Below, one piece after another: positions 27,535 through 39,583 of a stretch of DNA of 60,501 nt. Numbering within the stretch: the stretch's first letter is position 1; the number at the start of each line of letters is the position of its first letter. The DNA is from Puniceicoccales bacterium (GTDB lineage Bacteria; Verrucomicrobiota; Verrucomicrobiia; Opitutales; JAIRKQ01), in the NCBI GenBank assembly GCA_031279395.1, contig JAITIO010000009.1:1-60501 (forward strand), given 5' to 3'. The notes beneath the pieces are model-generated. The model saw only the letters and a program-made list of their open reading frames with translations. It made no database searches and was not told where the DNA came from. The translations under genes were made by a program, and so were the position numbers.

Positions 27535-28932
27535 ATGGACAATCTTCACCAATCCATTGACGCTGCGAATTTTCACTATGCCATAGACTACAAGTATGAT
27601 GCTGGTGTCGGCCTAAGTACACAGACAATTGACTATATTTCCGATGTCAAAAACGATGCCCCTTGGATTCGGGAATTTCGTAGGACTGCATTAAAAAAAT
27701 TTCATGAAATACCTTTGCCGACATGGGTGACCAATCGCGATGTCCACGATTTGGATTTTTCTACCATTCGATATTATCTGGCCAATGACCAATTGCCCCA
27801 AACATCCTGGGAAAAAGTTCCTCAGGACGTAAAGGCAACCTTTGAACGACTTGGGGTTCCAGAGAAAGAAAGAAAATTTTTTGCTGGGGTCGAAGCCCAA
27901 TTCGACAGTGAATCGGCATATTCTCGCATCCAAGAAGAGCTCAGCAAACAGGGTGTAATTTTTGTCAATTCGACGGAAGGATTGAACAAATTTCCAGAGA
28001 TATTTCGGAAATATTTCGGAACGGTTGTTCCCATTGCGGATAACAAATTCAGTGCTTTGAATAGTGCTGTTTTCAGTGGTGGCAGTTTCATCTATGTCCC
28101 CCAAAATGTCCAAGTAAAACAGCCGTTACAGGCATATTTTCGAATAAATTCAGAACGGTTTGGGCAATTTGAACGTACTCTAATCATCGTGGATGAAGGT
28201 GCCGAGGTGACGTATTTGGAAGGGTGTACCGCTCCGAAATTTGAAACATCCACTTTGCATTCCGCTGTCGTAGAAATCATTGCCATGAAAAATGCAAAAA
28301 TTCAGTACATTACCGTCCAGAATTGGTCGAACAATGTTTTCAATCTGGTAACCAAACGTGGTGTTGCCCACGAAAATGCAGAAATTAAGTGGATTGATTG
28401 TAATATCGGTTCCCGCCTCACGATGAAGTACCCGGCGATTTATTTAGCAGGGAAAAATGCCAAGGGCGAAGTCTTATCCCTGGCAGTTGCTTCCGACGGC
28501 CAGATTCAAGACACCGGAGCAAAAATGATACACCTCGCCGAGGATACTTCTTCGAATATTGTATCAAAATCTGTTTCCTTCGGCGGAGGTATGGCATCCT
28601 ATCGGGGAGTTGTCAACATTTCAAAGAATTTGAAGGGTTGTAAAAATAATACCGTTTGCGATGCACTTTTGATAAATCCAACCAGCAAAACTGCGACTTT
28701 CCCTAAAATTAATGTTACCGGCAATAAAAATGTCGTCCAGCATGAAGCCAGTGTGTCAAAAATCAGCGAGGAACAAATTTTCTATATGCAACAGCGGGGC
28801 ATTCCAGAAGCCCAAGCTGTGAGTCTAAGTGTTAACGGTTTCATCAATGATCTGGTGCGAGAATTCCCGATGGAGTATAGCATCGAAATGAAACGCCTAA
28901 TTGACATGCAAACGGAAAAAGCAATCGGGTGA
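27535..28932 (+). CDS. sufB: Fe-S cluster assembly scaffold SufB
   Basis: 465 aa with typical SufB blocks ([57 protein letters not shown]). It starts 6 nt after sufC. Confidence 0.92.
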   Translation: MDNLHQSIDAANFHYAIDYKYDAGVGLSTQTIDYISDVKNDAPWIREFRRTALKKFHEIPLPTWVTNRDVHDLDFSTIRYYLANDQLPQTSWEKVPQDVKATFERLGVPEKERKFFAGVEAQFDSESAYSRIQEELSKQGVIFVNSTEGLNKFPEIFRKYFGTVVPIADNKFSALNSAVFSGGSFIYVPQNVQVKQPLQAYFRINSERFGQFERTLIIVDEGAEVTYLEGCTAPKFETSTLHSAVVEIIAMKNAKIQYITVQNWSNNVFNLVTKRGVAHENAEIKWIDCNIGSRLTMKYPAIYLAGKNAKGEVLSLAVASDGQIQDTGAKMIHLAEDTSSNIVSKSVSFGGGMASYRGVVNISKNLKGCKNNTVCDALLINPTSKTATFPKINVTGNKNVVQHEASVSKISEEQIFYMQQRGIPEAQAVSLSVNGFINDLVREFPMEYSIEMKRLIDMQTEKAIG

Positions 28933-28962
28933 TCATTATCAATCATCGCAAAGGTATTCAAT

Positions 28963-30858
28963 TCACTTCTTTAGCATCAATCGGACAGCCTTGAGGACGG
29001 ATTCTATGGTGATATCTTCCGTCGGGAAACCACCGCTTTTAGGACAACTGTCGGGCATGACGATTATTTTATCAGCATCAAATATCGGTCCGGTAACGAG
29101 GGCGTTGGTAACACCATATATGCAAATCAATGGACGACCAAACATGTTGGCCAGATGCATACCTCCCGTGTCAATCGCAATCACCAGGGTATCCCTTTGC
29201 ACATAACTTGCAAATTCGAGTATGCTCGTTTTGCCAACCAAGTTTGAAATCCTTTCCCGGTTAAGAAAAAGAGAAATTTCATCAATAAATATTGCGTCCG
29301 CTTTCGTGCCATATAGATTCACGTGCACGTCCTTATATATTTCATGAATTCTTTCGATTAAAATTCTCCAAGATTTTGCAGGCCAGCGTTTGCGGGGAGT
29401 ATTGATGGATCCACATACCATCCCGATCGTACGTTTTGCCTTTGGAACAATTCCCATATTCGTGCATAGCTTGAATGGGGAAAGATTATCTTCACACTCA
29501 ATCCCAAATTCATTCAGTGCGTTTTTCCATAATTTTGTTTGATGCAGAAATCCAGTATCGGCACCGCTTTCATACAAGTTGTTTATAAAAATTTTCCTGT
29601 AGGATCTATTTTTAGTGTCCGTTCCTATCCTTTTGGGAGCACCCATTAAAATCGCTTCAATGTCACCACGTAATGAGCTGACAAGCGAAATATAAACATC
29701 CGGGTATGGGTAAGTATCTTTAATTTTTAGAATATTGAGAAAATATTTGGAATTTTTCTCGGGTAATTGTACCACTTTGTCAGCAATTTCCAATGCGGCA
29801 AGAAAATTGACGAACTGCTCCTGGCAAACCAAAATTAGTTCCATATCGGGGCGGTAATGTTTTAGTGTTCGCAACACGGCTATTGCCATGATGATATCCC
29901 CCAACCAATTTGGCATACGTACCATGACGTGAAGGTTTATTACTGCTTCGGGATTGATGTTTAAATACTTTTGAGACTGTGCCAGCCATTCGCATCTTCG
30001 TTTTGCCAAATTTTTTGTTCCATAGGCTACAACTTTCCACCTATCATGGGCCCATAGCCAGTCGGAACAGATATTTTCATTTACCTTCAAAATTTCTTCC
30101 AAATGTCTATTTGCAGCAAACAGGATTGTTTTGGGATCGTTCTCATCAAAATTTAGTCTTTTGATCCTAATGTTCGCTTTCCAAAATCCAACCCTTATGG
30201 GATATAGGAAATAAACGGGCACTTTAAATTTTTGATATAGCAAAGCCGGCAGGTCCGTTGACGCAATCAGCCGGTTGAAAAACATCATGCGATAGCCGCT
30301 ATCGCCAGCATTTTGATCAAACAGTAGCGATATTATCCCCTTATTTTTTAGAATCTGCATCGCTTCAAATATTCCCTTTTTCCGAGAAAACAATTTCATC
30401 CCACACCCTTCGCGGATATATTTTATAAACTTTTCCAGTGATCGGTTATCGAATGGTCGGTAAATGACACCTACTTCAGGCCAATCAATGTTATCTACGA
30501 TTTTTGGCAAAAGTGTCATACTCTCCATCAGGGTGAAGTGAGGAACGAGTACAATGGCTCCCTGTTTCCCTGTTAGCACTTGATTAATGATCCTTTTATC
30601 CTCTTTGGTTAATTTAAAATCTGCCTTTATTCTTTTTCTACTGAGAAACCTTCCAGCAATACTTAACAGTCCAAGCTCTATGAGGCGGAAAAAGTTTTCT
30701 CGGCAAACTTTTCTACGCCATAGTGCACTTTGCCTAGGGAAAGCGTAATATAAATTTGATAGCACAAGTTGTCTGCGGGAAGGCATTACAAACATAGCAA
30801 TACTACCGCACACAATGCACAACAATCGAATGATACACTTAGGCATATGTGCCAACAA
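28963..30858 (-). CDS. Fusion protein: LpxL/HtrB-type lipid A acyltransferase (N-terminal) plus GT9 heptosyltransferase-like domain (C-terminal)
   Basis: The N-terminal half has VPHFTLME, LFDQNAG and FFNRLIASTD acyltransferase blocks. The C-terminal half has MPNWLGDIIMAIAVLRTLKHYRPDMEL and DTGGMHLANMFGRPLICIYG, as in RfaF/WaaC-type GT9 enzymes. The first ATG is at 30846; the TTG at 30858 is also possible. Confidence 0.75.
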   Translation of the reverse strand: MLAHMPKCIIRLLCIVCGSIAMFVMPSRRQLVLSNLYYAFPRQSALWRRKVCRENFFRLIELGLLSIAGRFLSRKRIKADFKLTKEDKRIINQVLTGKQGAIVLVPHFTLMESMTLLPKIVDNIDWPEVGVIYRPFDNRSLEKFIKYIREGCGMKLFSRKKGIFEAMQILKNKGIISLLFDQNAGDSGYRMMFFNRLIASTDLPALLYQKFKVPVYFLYPIRVGFWKANIRIKRLNFDENDPKTILFAANRHLEEILKVNENICSDWLWAHDRWKVVAYGTKNLAKRRCEWLAQSQKYLNINPEAVINLHVMVRMPNWLGDIIMAIAVLRTLKHYRPDMELILVCQEQFVNFLAALEIADKVVQLPEKNSKYFLNILKIKDTYPYPDVYISLVSSLRGDIEAILMGAPKRIGTDTKNRSYRKIFINNLYESGADTGFLHQTKLWKNALNEFGIECEDNLSPFKLCTNMGIVPKAKRTIGMVCGSINTPRKRWPAKSWRILIERIHEIYKDVHVNLYGTKADAIFIDEISLFLNRERISNLVGKTSILEFASYVQRDTLVIAIDTGGMHLANMFGRPLICIYGVTNALVTGPIFDADKIIVMPDSCPKSGGFPTEDITIESVLKAVRLMLKK

Positions 30859-31021
30859 ATATCCAAATACGACTAGGACGTAGTATAGCGTGATTTATCC
30901 TTTCGAAATCAATAAAAATTAACCTACAAATACATTGATCGGAAAAGAAAATATGTCCATGCAAAGATAGAAAGATATGCAAAAAACCCACCTATCTTTT
31001 TATTGATTGCTAGTTGCATTC

Positions 31022-34000
31022 TCATCCCTCCCCAAACGATTCTTCCCGAGGTACCAAACGTTTTACTTTGAGATAACGGTATTCCAGTAGTCCTGTACCA
31101 GCAGGGACTAGGTGTCCCATGATGACATTTTCCTTAAATCCTTTCAAAGGATCGCATTTCCCAAGCGTAGCAGCTTCCGTCAAAACTTTGGTAGTCTCTT
31201 GAAATGATGCAGCGGCGATAAAACTATCCGTTTCTATGGACGACTTTGTTATGCCCATCAAGATTGGTTCACAGGTAGCAGGTTCACCGCCAGCTTCTAG
31301 GATTTTTTTATTTTCAGCCATGAACAGGTCACGGCTAACCTGCTCTCCCCAGAAAAAGTCAGAATCTCCCGGTTCTAGTACCCGTACTTTTTTCAGCATA
31401 CATGCGACAATGATTTCTATGTGTTTGTCATTGATGACAACGCCCTGTAACCGATAGACCTTTTGAATTTCAGAAACCAAATATTCCTGCAGACTCGACG
31501 GGCCTAAAATGCTCAGTATTTCGTGGGGATCCGGAGAGCCATCGGTCAAGCTTTGACCTTTGTTTATGAAATCACCTTCATGGACAATGATATGCTTTCC
31601 TTGGGCAATCAAATGTTCCTGCCTTTCGCCTGTTTCGCTATCGGTGATGAAAATGCGACGTTTATTGCGCAAAGTCCCACCAAATGACACGATACCATCC
31701 GATTTTGCCATTTCTGCGACATCTTTGGGACATCTAGCTTCGAACAATTCTGCAATTCTCGGCAATCCACCGGTAATATCTTGGGTTTTGGAGGCAGAAC
31801 GGGAAGTTTTTGCTAACAATGCCCCAGCTTGGACTTCATTGCCGTTGTTCACGATGACCTGAGCTCCAATCGGGATAGAATATGTGGCGACTACTTTGTC
31901 CACGGGTAATCCTTGGTCATTGATGCCTGCCAAAACTTCAATCATTGGGTTTAGGTCATCCTTATGTTCGATAATGATAATGGTTATGCGACCCGTTGAA
32001 ACATCGACATCCCTCTTGATCGTTACGCCAGGGATCATGTCTTTGAAGTTTATGACACCTGGTTTTTCCGATAAAATCGGCATATTATGCGGATCCCACA
32101 TGACGATCAAATCACCCTTTTCGACTTTTGCACCGTCGGAAACGTAGAGCAAGGCACCAGGGACAATGGAGTAGATCTCCAGCTCATGGCCTTCGGGATC
32201 GACAATTTGAATGGATCCTGTTTTATTCAACACGATATTTGCGTTTTCTAGGGTTGTAACCATTCTCAAACCATTAAATTTGACAAAACCAGAATGCCGT
32301 GCACGATATTCTGAACTTTTCAAGACCTGGCTAGCGACACCACCCACGTGAAATGTCCTCAATGTTAACTGGGTTCCCGGTTCACCGATGGACTGAGCAG
32401 CGATTACTCCAACGGCACTTCCTCGCTCAACTATACTATTTGTAGCAGGATTGATCCCATAGGCCTTGGCTGGAATTGTGCTTTTCACCATATGCGTTAG
32501 TGGCGACATAATCTTGACACGTTCGATGCCACATTCTTCTATGCGTTTGGCAATATCCGCCGTTATCAACTCACCAGCCGCGACTATTATTTCGTCCGGA
32601 TCGAGCAAATTTTTTACATCTTCACTGGCACAACGACCGATAATCCTATCCGTAAGACTAACAATTTCATCATCGCCTTCCAAAATCGCCGATTTCCACA
32701 CGCCATTTCTATTACCATCGTCATGATCTTCTATCACACAATCCATGGCAACATCACACAACTTGCGCGTTAGATACCCCGCATCTGCCGTTTTCAAAGC
32801 AGCGTCGGCCAAACCTTTTCTGGCACCGTGTGTGGAACTAAAATATTCTAAAACGGACAAACCTTCTCGGAATGACGACAAAATTGGTTGTTCGATGATT
32901 TCTCCCGATGGTTTTGCCATGAGACCTCGCATGCCGCATAGCTGACGAACCTGTTGACGATTACCGCGAGCACCAGAATCCATCATCAAAAATATCGAAT
33001 TTACATCATCTGATCCGCCATTTTTGGCCAGCGATTCAAATGCCATCTGGGCAATATCATCGGTGGCCGTAGTCCAAATATCAACAATTTTATTGTAACG
33101 TTCTCCGGAAGTGATGATCCCTTTTTTGTGTTGTGCTTCCACGTCAGCAATTTTCTTTTTGGCAGCGGCAATAATATTTTGCTTGTTGTCTGGAATTATC
33201 ATATCGCCAATTCCAATGGATAACCCCGCCTTTGTAGCTTCCTTAAACCCAAGATCCTTTAGCTTATCCAAGACTTTTACGGCAAGTTCTTGGCCGGCTA
33301 CCTTATAGGTATTGAGAACGAGGTCTCCTAGTTTTCCTTTAGCCACGGGAGAGTTTACAAATCCCAAAGCCTTGGGGAAGATGCTGTTAAAAATTATCCG
33401 ACCAAGCGTAGTTTCTATAATCTTTGTATTTGGATCGCCGTAGCGAGTATTTTGCTTATAGTCTGGATTTACATAACGTACCCTAGCATGCTTTTTCAAA
33501 ATATCTTCCGCATCTATCCGTAATGCCTCTTCGACACTAGACACCAATGGCAAAGTCACATTCGGATTTCTTTTTGTCATAGGATCAATCGTTAAGTAAT
33601 AGCAACCCAGGACGATGTCTTGCGATGGGACCAGTACTGGTTTCCCACTCGATGGAGAAAAAATGTTCTTCGAAGCTAACATTAACATTCTTGCTTCCAT
33701 TACGGATTCCAAAGACAATGGCACGTGTACGGCCATTTGGTCGCCGTCGAAGTCGGCATTGAAAGCTGCACATACTAAAGGATGTAATCGTATGGCATCC
33801 CCTTCTATTAAAATTGGTTCAAACGCTTGTATAGACAACCTATGGAGCGTGGGTGCACGATTTAGTAATATGGGATGCTCGCGGGTAACCTCTTCTAGAA
33901 TGTCCCAGACTTCGGGAGCCTGCCTCTCTATCATCTTACGGGCACTGCGAACCGTATGCACAAAACCGAGTTCCTTTAAACGCCTTATAATAAACGGTTC

Positions 34001-35155
34001 AAATAGTATCCAAGCCATGCGCTTCGGTAACCCACACTGGTGAATCTTCAATTCCGGTCCCACAACAATTACCGATCGACCGCTATAGTCGACACGCTTA
34101 CCTAGTAGATTCTGCCTAAAACGTCCCTGTTTCCCTTTCAACATTTCGCTAAGGGATTTCAAAGGTCTATTGCCTGCTCCCACGACGCTCTTCCCATGCT
34201 TATCGTTGTCGAACAATGCATCGACTGCCTCCTGGAGCATGCGCATTTCATTGTGAATTATGACCTCTGGAGTTTTTAAGCTTAACAAACTTTTCAGGCG
34301 ATTATTGCGATTGATAACCCTGCGATATAAATCATTTAAGTCACTGGTAGCAAAACGCCCTCCATCTAGGGGGACCAGGGGACGCAAATCGGGAGGAATA
34401 ATTGGCAAAACTTCCAAAATCATCCACTCCGGTCGCATATTGCTTGTTTCAAACCCATTCACCAATTTTAATCGTTTGGTTAAAATCTTTTTTGCCTGCT
34501 TTGAATGAGTAACCTTCAACTGTTCCTGCAACTCCATTATAAGGTTTTGTAGATCTACCTGGGCCAAAACATTCCGTACAGCTTCTGCTCCTATCTTTGC
34601 CACAAAGGCATCGTCCCCATATTCCTCCTGCAACTGGGCATACTCTTTTTCCGTTAACAATTGATATTTTTGCAAAGGTGTAACTCCTGGATCAACGATC
34701 ATGTAACGTTCATAGTATATGACCTTTTCTAAATTTTTTGCCGTTATGTCGAGCATCAGCCCGATCCGACTTGGTAAGCTTTTCAGGAACCAGATGTGTG
34801 ATATTGGAACCGCAAGCTCGATGTGCCCCATTCTTTCTCGACGAACACGGGAAACTGTAACTTCGACACCACATCGTTCACAAACCATTCCTTTGTGCTT
34901 AATTCGCTTGTACTTGCCACAGGCACATTCATAGTCACGAACTGGACCAAAAATTTTCTGGCAAAACAATCCTCCCGGTTCGGGTTTAAAAGTTCTATAA
35001 TTTATCGTCTCAGGATTCTTTATTTCACCGCTTGACCACGAACGTATAGTATCGGGAGAAGCAATGGAAATACCAACGCGATTGTAATTGCTGATATCAT
35101 CAAACCCTAGAATCGACCTTGCTTCCTTGAAATTAGTTTTTTCTATGAAACTCAT
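31022..35155 (-). CDS. rpoC: DNA-directed RNA polymerase subunit beta'
   Basis: 1377 aa with NADFDGDQM catalytic motif, the zinc-binding CxC...CxxC N-terminus and trigger-loop blocks. Confidence 0.98.
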   Translation of the reverse strand: MSFIEKTNFKEARSILGFDDISNYNRVGISIASPDTIRSWSSGEIKNPETINYRTFKPEPGGLFCQKIFGPVRDYECACGKYKRIKHKGMVCERCGVEVTVSRVRRERMGHIELAVPISHIWFLKSLPSRIGLMLDITAKNLEKVIYYERYMIVDPGVTPLQKYQLLTEKEYAQLQEEYGDDAFVAKIGAEAVRNVLAQVDLQNLIMELQEQLKVTHSKQAKKILTKRLKLVNGFETSNMRPEWMILEVLPIIPPDLRPLVPLDGGRFATSDLNDLYRRVINRNNRLKSLLSLKTPEVIIHNEMRMLQEAVDALFDNDKHGKSVVGAGNRPLKSLSEMLKGKQGRFRQNLLGKRVDYSGRSVIVVGPELKIHQCGLPKRMAWILFEPFIIRRLKELGFVHTVRSARKMIERQAPEVWDILEEVTREHPILLNRAPTLHRLSIQAFEPILIEGDAIRLHPLVCAAFNADFDGDQMAVHVPLSLESVMEARMLMLASKNIFSPSSGKPVLVPSQDIVLGCYYLTIDPMTKRNPNVTLPLVSSVEEALRIDAEDILKKHARVRYVNPDYKQNTRYGDPNTKIIETTLGRIIFNSIFPKALGFVNSPVAKGKLGDLVLNTYKVAGQELAVKVLDKLKDLGFKEATKAGLSIGIGDMIIPDNKQNIIAAAKKKIADVEAQHKKGIITSGERYNKIVDIWTTATDDIAQMAFESLAKNGGSDDVNSIFLMMDSGARGNRQQVRQLCGMRGLMAKPSGEIIEQPILSSFREGLSVLEYFSSTHGARKGLADAALKTADAGYLTRKLCDVAMDCVIEDHDDGNRNGVWKSAILEGDDEIVSLTDRIIGRCASEDVKNLLDPDEIIVAAGELITADIAKRIEECGIERVKIMSPLTHMVKSTIPAKAYGINPATNSIVERGSAVGVIAAQSIGEPGTQLTLRTFHVGGVASQVLKSSEYRARHSGFVKFNGLRMVTTLENANIVLNKTGSIQIVDPEGHELEIYSIVPGALLYVSDGAKVEKGDLIVMWDPHNMPILSEKPGVINFKDMIPGVTIKRDVDVSTGRITIIIIEHKDDLNPMIEVLAGINDQGLPVDKVVATYSIPIGAQVIVNNGNEVQAGALLAKTSRSASKTQDITGGLPRIAELFEARCPKDVAEMAKSDGIVSFGGTLRNKRRIFITDSETGERQEHLIAQGKHIIVHEGDFINKGQSLTDGSPDPHEILSILGPSSLQEYLVSEIQKVYRLQGVVINDKHIEIIVACMLKKVRVLEPGDSDFFWGEQVSRDLFMAENKKILEAGGEPATCEPILMGITKSSIETDSFIAAASFQETTKVLTEAATLGKCDPLKGFKENVIMGHLVPAGTGLLEYRYLKVKRLVPREESFGEG

Positions 35156-35174
35156 TGTATTACCAATTCCTTAG

Positions 35175-38100
35175 TTAAAAATTTTCCATGTCCAATAGCC
35201 TATCGTCCTCCAACTTGATGTCTAGGCATAACCCTTGCATCTCTTTTACGAGAACATTAAATGATTGTGGAACTCCCGCATCCAAAGAGGTATCCCCTTT
35301 TACTATCGATTCATAGATCTTTGTCCTTCCCTGTAAATCATCGGACTTAACGGTCAGTAATTCCTGTAACGAATAGGCCGCACCATAGGCCTCAAGTGCC
35401 CAAACTTCCATTTCTCCAAACCGTTGACCTCCGTATTGTGCACGGCCTCCCAGGGGTTGTTGCGTTATCAGGCTGTATGGACCAACGGCACGGGCATGGA
35501 CCTTGTCAGCGACAAGATGGTTTAGTTTCATCATATAAATGTAGCCAACCATTACTTTCTGATCAAATTTTCTACCCGTACAGCCGTCGAATAGATCAAC
35601 TTTTCCACCTTCCGGTAGGCCTGCCTGCCTATATAGCTCCTGCATTTTACTTTCTTTAATACCATCGAATACGGGAGTTGAAACCGTTATGCCAAGTCTT
35701 TTGCACACCAGTCCCAGATGTGTTTCTAAAACCTGTCCAACGTTCATACGGCCTGGGACACCAAGAGGATTTAGTATTATGTCGATGGGAGTTCCATCCT
35801 CCAAAAATGGCATATCTTCCGTTTTGACAATCTTTGAAACCACACCCTTATTGCCGTGGCGACCAGCCATTTTATCACCGACCTGTATCTTTCGTTTGTT
35901 TGCAATGAACACTTTAACATTTTTAATGATACCGCTGTCGTCTATGTTCCCAGATTCAATGGCCGCAATTTTATGCAACCTTTCCTTTTCCAAGTCATCA
36001 AATTTTACCTGGTACACCTCGATAATTTCCATAATCTTAGTCCTGACGGGAGACACAGCCATCCTAATATTGCTTCCGCAGGCTGCCAGTCTGCGCAATA
36101 ATGTTTTTGTGATTTTTCTATTGGCTGGCAAAATCACTTCTCCAGTATCGCTATCCGTGATGTCCAATGGAATTTTTTCTCCCAGTAAAATGCTGGAAAA
36201 TGCTTCCGTTAGGTCATCCCGAATCATGTCCGCTTGGGCACGAAATTCTTCATTAGTCTTTTTAATTCTTCGTTTGCACTCTATTTCGGAAATATCTTCT
36301 TGTTCATTATCTATCCTGCTAGAAATTTTTACATCCATAACGGTCCCATAGCATCCTGCAGGTGCCAATAGTGACGAATCCTTAACATCGGCTGCTTTTT
36401 CACCAAAAATGGCCCGCAAAAGTTTTTCTTCCGGTGCCAAATCCGTTTCCGTTTTTGGTGTAATTTTTCCAACCAAAATATCTCCTGGTCTTACTTCAGC
36501 CCCGATCTTAATGATGCCATTTCTGCTTAGATTTTTTAATGCTTCATCCCCCACGTTTGGGATATCCCGCGTTATTTCTTCAGGACCAAGTTTCGTATCG
36601 CGGGCAGACACTTCATACTCTTCTATGTGAATCGATGTGAAAATATCATCTCGAATCATGCGCTCATTTAAAATTACCGCATCTTCAAAATTGTATCCAT
36701 TCCACGGCATGAATGCTACGAGAACATTCTTTCCTAGAGCCAATTCACCATTATCGGTTGCCGCCCCATCCGCTAAAATATCACCTATTTGTACCTTTTG
36801 ATATTTTCTTACCACCGGTTTTTGATTAAAGCATGTGGACGCGTTCGATCTCCAATATTTGCGCAAATGATAAATTTGAATATTTTTGCCATGGGTACCA
36901 TCGGATTCATTAAAATTATTCGGCAATTTCCCATCTTTGGTTACGATAATTTTTGTCCCATCGATGGAGGCAACAATACCGTCGGATTTTGCCAGAATCA
37001 CATGCCCAGAATCGCATGCCAATTTTTTTTCAATCCCAGTTCCAACAAGAGGTGCTTCCGTTGTCAACAATGGGACTCCTTGGCGCTGCATGTTAGCCCC
37101 CATGAGGGCACGGCTGGTATCGTCATGTTCAAGGAATGGAATCAATCCGGCAGCAATTGAAATTACCTGTTTTGGAGAAACATCCATTAGATCGACATCG
37201 TGGGGATCAACCTCCAAAATCTCACTAGATTTTCTCACGGTAATTTTCCCGGTCAAATTGCCATTCTCGTCGATATCAGAATTTGCCTGGGCGATCAATT
37301 TGTTTTCTTCCCTATCCGCAGATAGATAGACAACATCAGAAGTAACATGGCCATTTTTTACCACACGGTATGGAGTTTCAATGAAACCGAAATCGTTTAT
37401 GCGTGCATAGGTACCCAACGAGTTGATTAAACCAATGTTTGGACCTTCCGGTGTTTCAATTGGACAAATCCTGCCATAGTGTGACGCATGTACGTCTCTA
37501 ACTTCCATGCCAGCGCGATCCCGATTCAAACCACTCGGACCGATGGCGGACAGTCTTCTTTTATGGGTGAGTTCGGACAGTGGATTTATCTGATCCATAA
37601 ACTGAGACAATTGACTTCGGGCAAAAAAGTCCCTAATGACGGACATTAGCATTTTCCCATTGACTAATTTTTGCGCCGAAAGTATATCAACGCTTTGATT
37701 TAGTAGCGACATTTTTTCCCGTATTACCCTTTCCATACGAGCCAATCCAATGCGACACTGGTTTATCAAGAGTTCACCGACCCCCCGAATCCTTCTGCTG
37801 CCCAAACTATCGATGTCATCGATGGAACCCCCTTCGCCGGATCGAAGTGAACACAGGTACTTTGTTGCCGCAACAATGTCATCCACTCCCACCAGGGTAT
37901 CGTTTAAATCTTTATGCAGTCCCAACTTACTGTTGATTTTATATCTTCCAATCTTACTTAGGTCGTAGCGTTTACTATCCTTGAAACTGCGAGTAAAAAA
38001 CGATTGTGCATTTTGCAAATTCAAAGGTTCCCCGGGCCTAAAATGTCTATAAATTTCGTAGAGTGCCTCTTCTTCGTTCCGTGTTGTATCCTTTTTCAGA

Positions 38101-38960
38101 CTACGAATTATTAGCCCACCATCCTCCGAGACATTTACAACCGAGATGGTGGTAATACCAGCTTCGATAAAACTTTTTAGCATGCCTTTTCCTAAAGGTT
38201 CGTATGCTCGTGCCAAAACGATGCCATGCTCCACGTCTATTACGTCATCCGTTAAAACGATATCGACCAAAGACTCTTCCTTGATTAATCGATCTACGTT
38301 AACCTCCTGCAGCTTGTAAAAAATCGATAGTATTTCCCGGTCCGAACTATAACCAAATGCACGCAACAGAGTCGTTAAAAGGAACCGACGACGTCTACGA
38401 CGCCTATCCAAATAAACATATAGAAGGTCATTTTGGTCATTTTGTACCTCTATCCAAGTTCCTCGATCAGGCATTATGCGGAACGCATGTAATAATTTTC
38501 CCGACGCATGGGTGGAGACTTCGAAGCAAATACCCGGAGACCGGTGTAACTGACTGACGACAACACGCTCTGTCCCACTAATTACAAACGAACCGCGTTC
38601 GCTCATGAGCGGAATTTCACCCAGGTAAACCTCTTCCTCCCTCGAATCATCACCACTGGAAAGCTTTAGGCACAAAAATAATGGGGCAGCATAGGTTCGA
38701 CTTTCCTTGATACAGAAATCTTCCGAATATTTGGCAGGAGCAACCCTATAGGACACATAGTTTAACGAGGCTGTCCCATCATAGCTTTCGATGGGAAACG
38801 TTCGCCTAAAAACCGCTTCTAACCCAACATCTTGCCGATCCTCTGCTCCCACATCAGCCTGTAAAAATTCTTTAAATGAATTTATTTGTGCTTCAATGAG
38901 ATAGGGTGGAGTTATTATTTCTTTTAAACTTCCGAAACTAACGTGACTTTTGTCCATCAT
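35175..38960 (-). CDS. rpoB: DNA-directed RNA polymerase subunit beta
   Basis: Canonical blocks are present (FMDQINPLSELTHKRRLSA, GRHGNKGVVSKI, MNVGQVLETHLG). Start chosen at the ATG at 38960 (MMDKSHVSFGS..), downstream of the TTG used by the track. Confidence 0.98.
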   Translation of the reverse strand: MMDKSHVSFGSLKEIITPPYLIEAQINSFKEFLQADVGAEDRQDVGLEAVFRRTFPIESYDGTASLNYVSYRVAPAKYSEDFCIKESRTYAAPLFLCLKLSSGDDSREEEVYLGEIPLMSERGSFVISGTERVVVSQLHRSPGICFEVSTHASGKLLHAFRIMPDRGTWIEVQNDQNDLLYVYLDRRRRRRRFLLTTLLRAFGYSSDREILSIFYKLQEVNVDRLIKEESLVDIVLTDDVIDVEHGIVLARAYEPLGKGMLKSFIEAGITTISVVNVSEDGGLIIRSLKKDTTRNEEEALYEIYRHFRPGEPLNLQNAQSFFTRSFKDSKRYDLSKIGRYKINSKLGLHKDLNDTLVGVDDIVAATKYLCSLRSGEGGSIDDIDSLGSRRIRGVGELLINQCRIGLARMERVIREKMSLLNQSVDILSAQKLVNGKMLMSVIRDFFARSQLSQFMDQINPLSELTHKRRLSAIGPSGLNRDRAGMEVRDVHASHYGRICPIETPEGPNIGLINSLGTYARINDFGFIETPYRVVKNGHVTSDVVYLSADREENKLIAQANSDIDENGNLTGKITVRKSSEILEVDPHDVDLMDVSPKQVISIAAGLIPFLEHDDTSRALMGANMQRQGVPLLTTEAPLVGTGIEKKLACDSGHVILAKSDGIVASIDGTKIIVTKDGKLPNNFNESDGTHGKNIQIYHLRKYWRSNASTCFNQKPVVRKYQKVQIGDILADGAATDNGELALGKNVLVAFMPWNGYNFEDAVILNERMIRDDIFTSIHIEEYEVSARDTKLGPEEITRDIPNVGDEALKNLSRNGIIKIGAEVRPGDILVGKITPKTETDLAPEEKLLRAIFGEKAADVKDSSLLAPAGCYGTVMDVKISSRIDNEQEDISEIECKRRIKKTNEEFRAQADMIRDDLTEAFSSILLGEKIPLDITDSDTGEVILPANRKITKTLLRRLAACGSNIRMAVSPVRTKIMEIIEVYQVKFDDLEKERLHKIAAIESGNIDDSGIIKNVKVFIANKRKIQVGDKMAGRHGNKGVVSKIVKTEDMPFLEDGTPIDIILNPLGVPGRMNVGQVLETHLGLVCKRLGITVSTPVFDGIKESKMQELYRQAGLPEGGKVDLFDGCTGRKFDQKVMVGYIYMMKLNHLVADKVHARAVGPYSLITQQPLGGRAQYGGQRFGEMEVWALEAYGAAYSLQELLTVKSDDLQGRTKIYESIVKGDTSLDAGVPQSFNVLVKEMQGLCLDIKLEDDRLLDMENF

Positions 38961-39103
38961 AGGATGTAATGACTTCCTCAAAATTTTTATACAAACTATT
39001 CAACCACAGCCTCCTTCGTTGTATTTGTGTCAAATACAATAAAAAAACCACAGCTTTCTCCCTAAAAAGATCATATGATTAAAAAATAATCACATGGAGA
39101 ATG

Positions 39104-39493
39104 CTACCTCAGCTCAACGGTCGCCCCGGCAGCTTCTAATTTTTTCTTTATTTCCTCTGCATCAGCCTTTGAAACCGCCTCTTTTACGGTCTTCGGAGCT
39201 CCTTCGACAAGATCCTTAGCCTCCTTTAGTCCAAGTCCCGCGATTTCACGGACAGCTTTGATGGCTTCAATCTTTTTATCGCCTGCCGATTTTAGCACGA
39301 CTTCGAATTCGGTCTTCTCTTCCGCAACGGGCGAATCCGCTGCAGCCGTTGCCGCAACGGTTGCCACCGCTGCTACCGGTGCCGCTGCACTGACACCCCA
39401 CTTAGCTTCCAAGTCCTTAACCAGAGAAGCGATATCCAATACCGACTGTCCACTCAACCAATCTATTACCTGTTCTTTTGTTATACCTGTCAT
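39104..39493 (-). CDS. rplL: 50S ribosomal protein L7/L12
   Basis: [13 protein letters not shown].., an Ala-rich hinge and [23 protein letters not shown]. The ATG at 39493 is preceded by AAGGAAAG. Confidence 0.95.
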   Translation of the reverse strand: MTGITKEQVIDWLSGQSVLDIASLVKDLEAKWGVSAAAPVAAVATVAATAAADSPVAEEKTEFEVVLKSAGDKKIEAIKAVREIAGLGLKEAKDLVEGAPKTVKEAVSKADAEEIKKKLEAAGATVELR

Positions 39494-39583
39494 TTTCTTT
39501 CCTTTCGAAATTTCGCTAGCGGCATCACCAAACGCCATTTAAGAAACACTTTTCCTAGTAAAATTTCATTTTTTTGAAAAATT

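Noticed and set aside
38961-39103. rplL-rpoB intergenic region considered as the classical attenuator or terminator
   Set aside because: It contains only short AT-rich inverted repeats (TGATTA/TAATCA) and a repeated GCTGTGG. There is no convincing GC-rich stem followed by a U tract.
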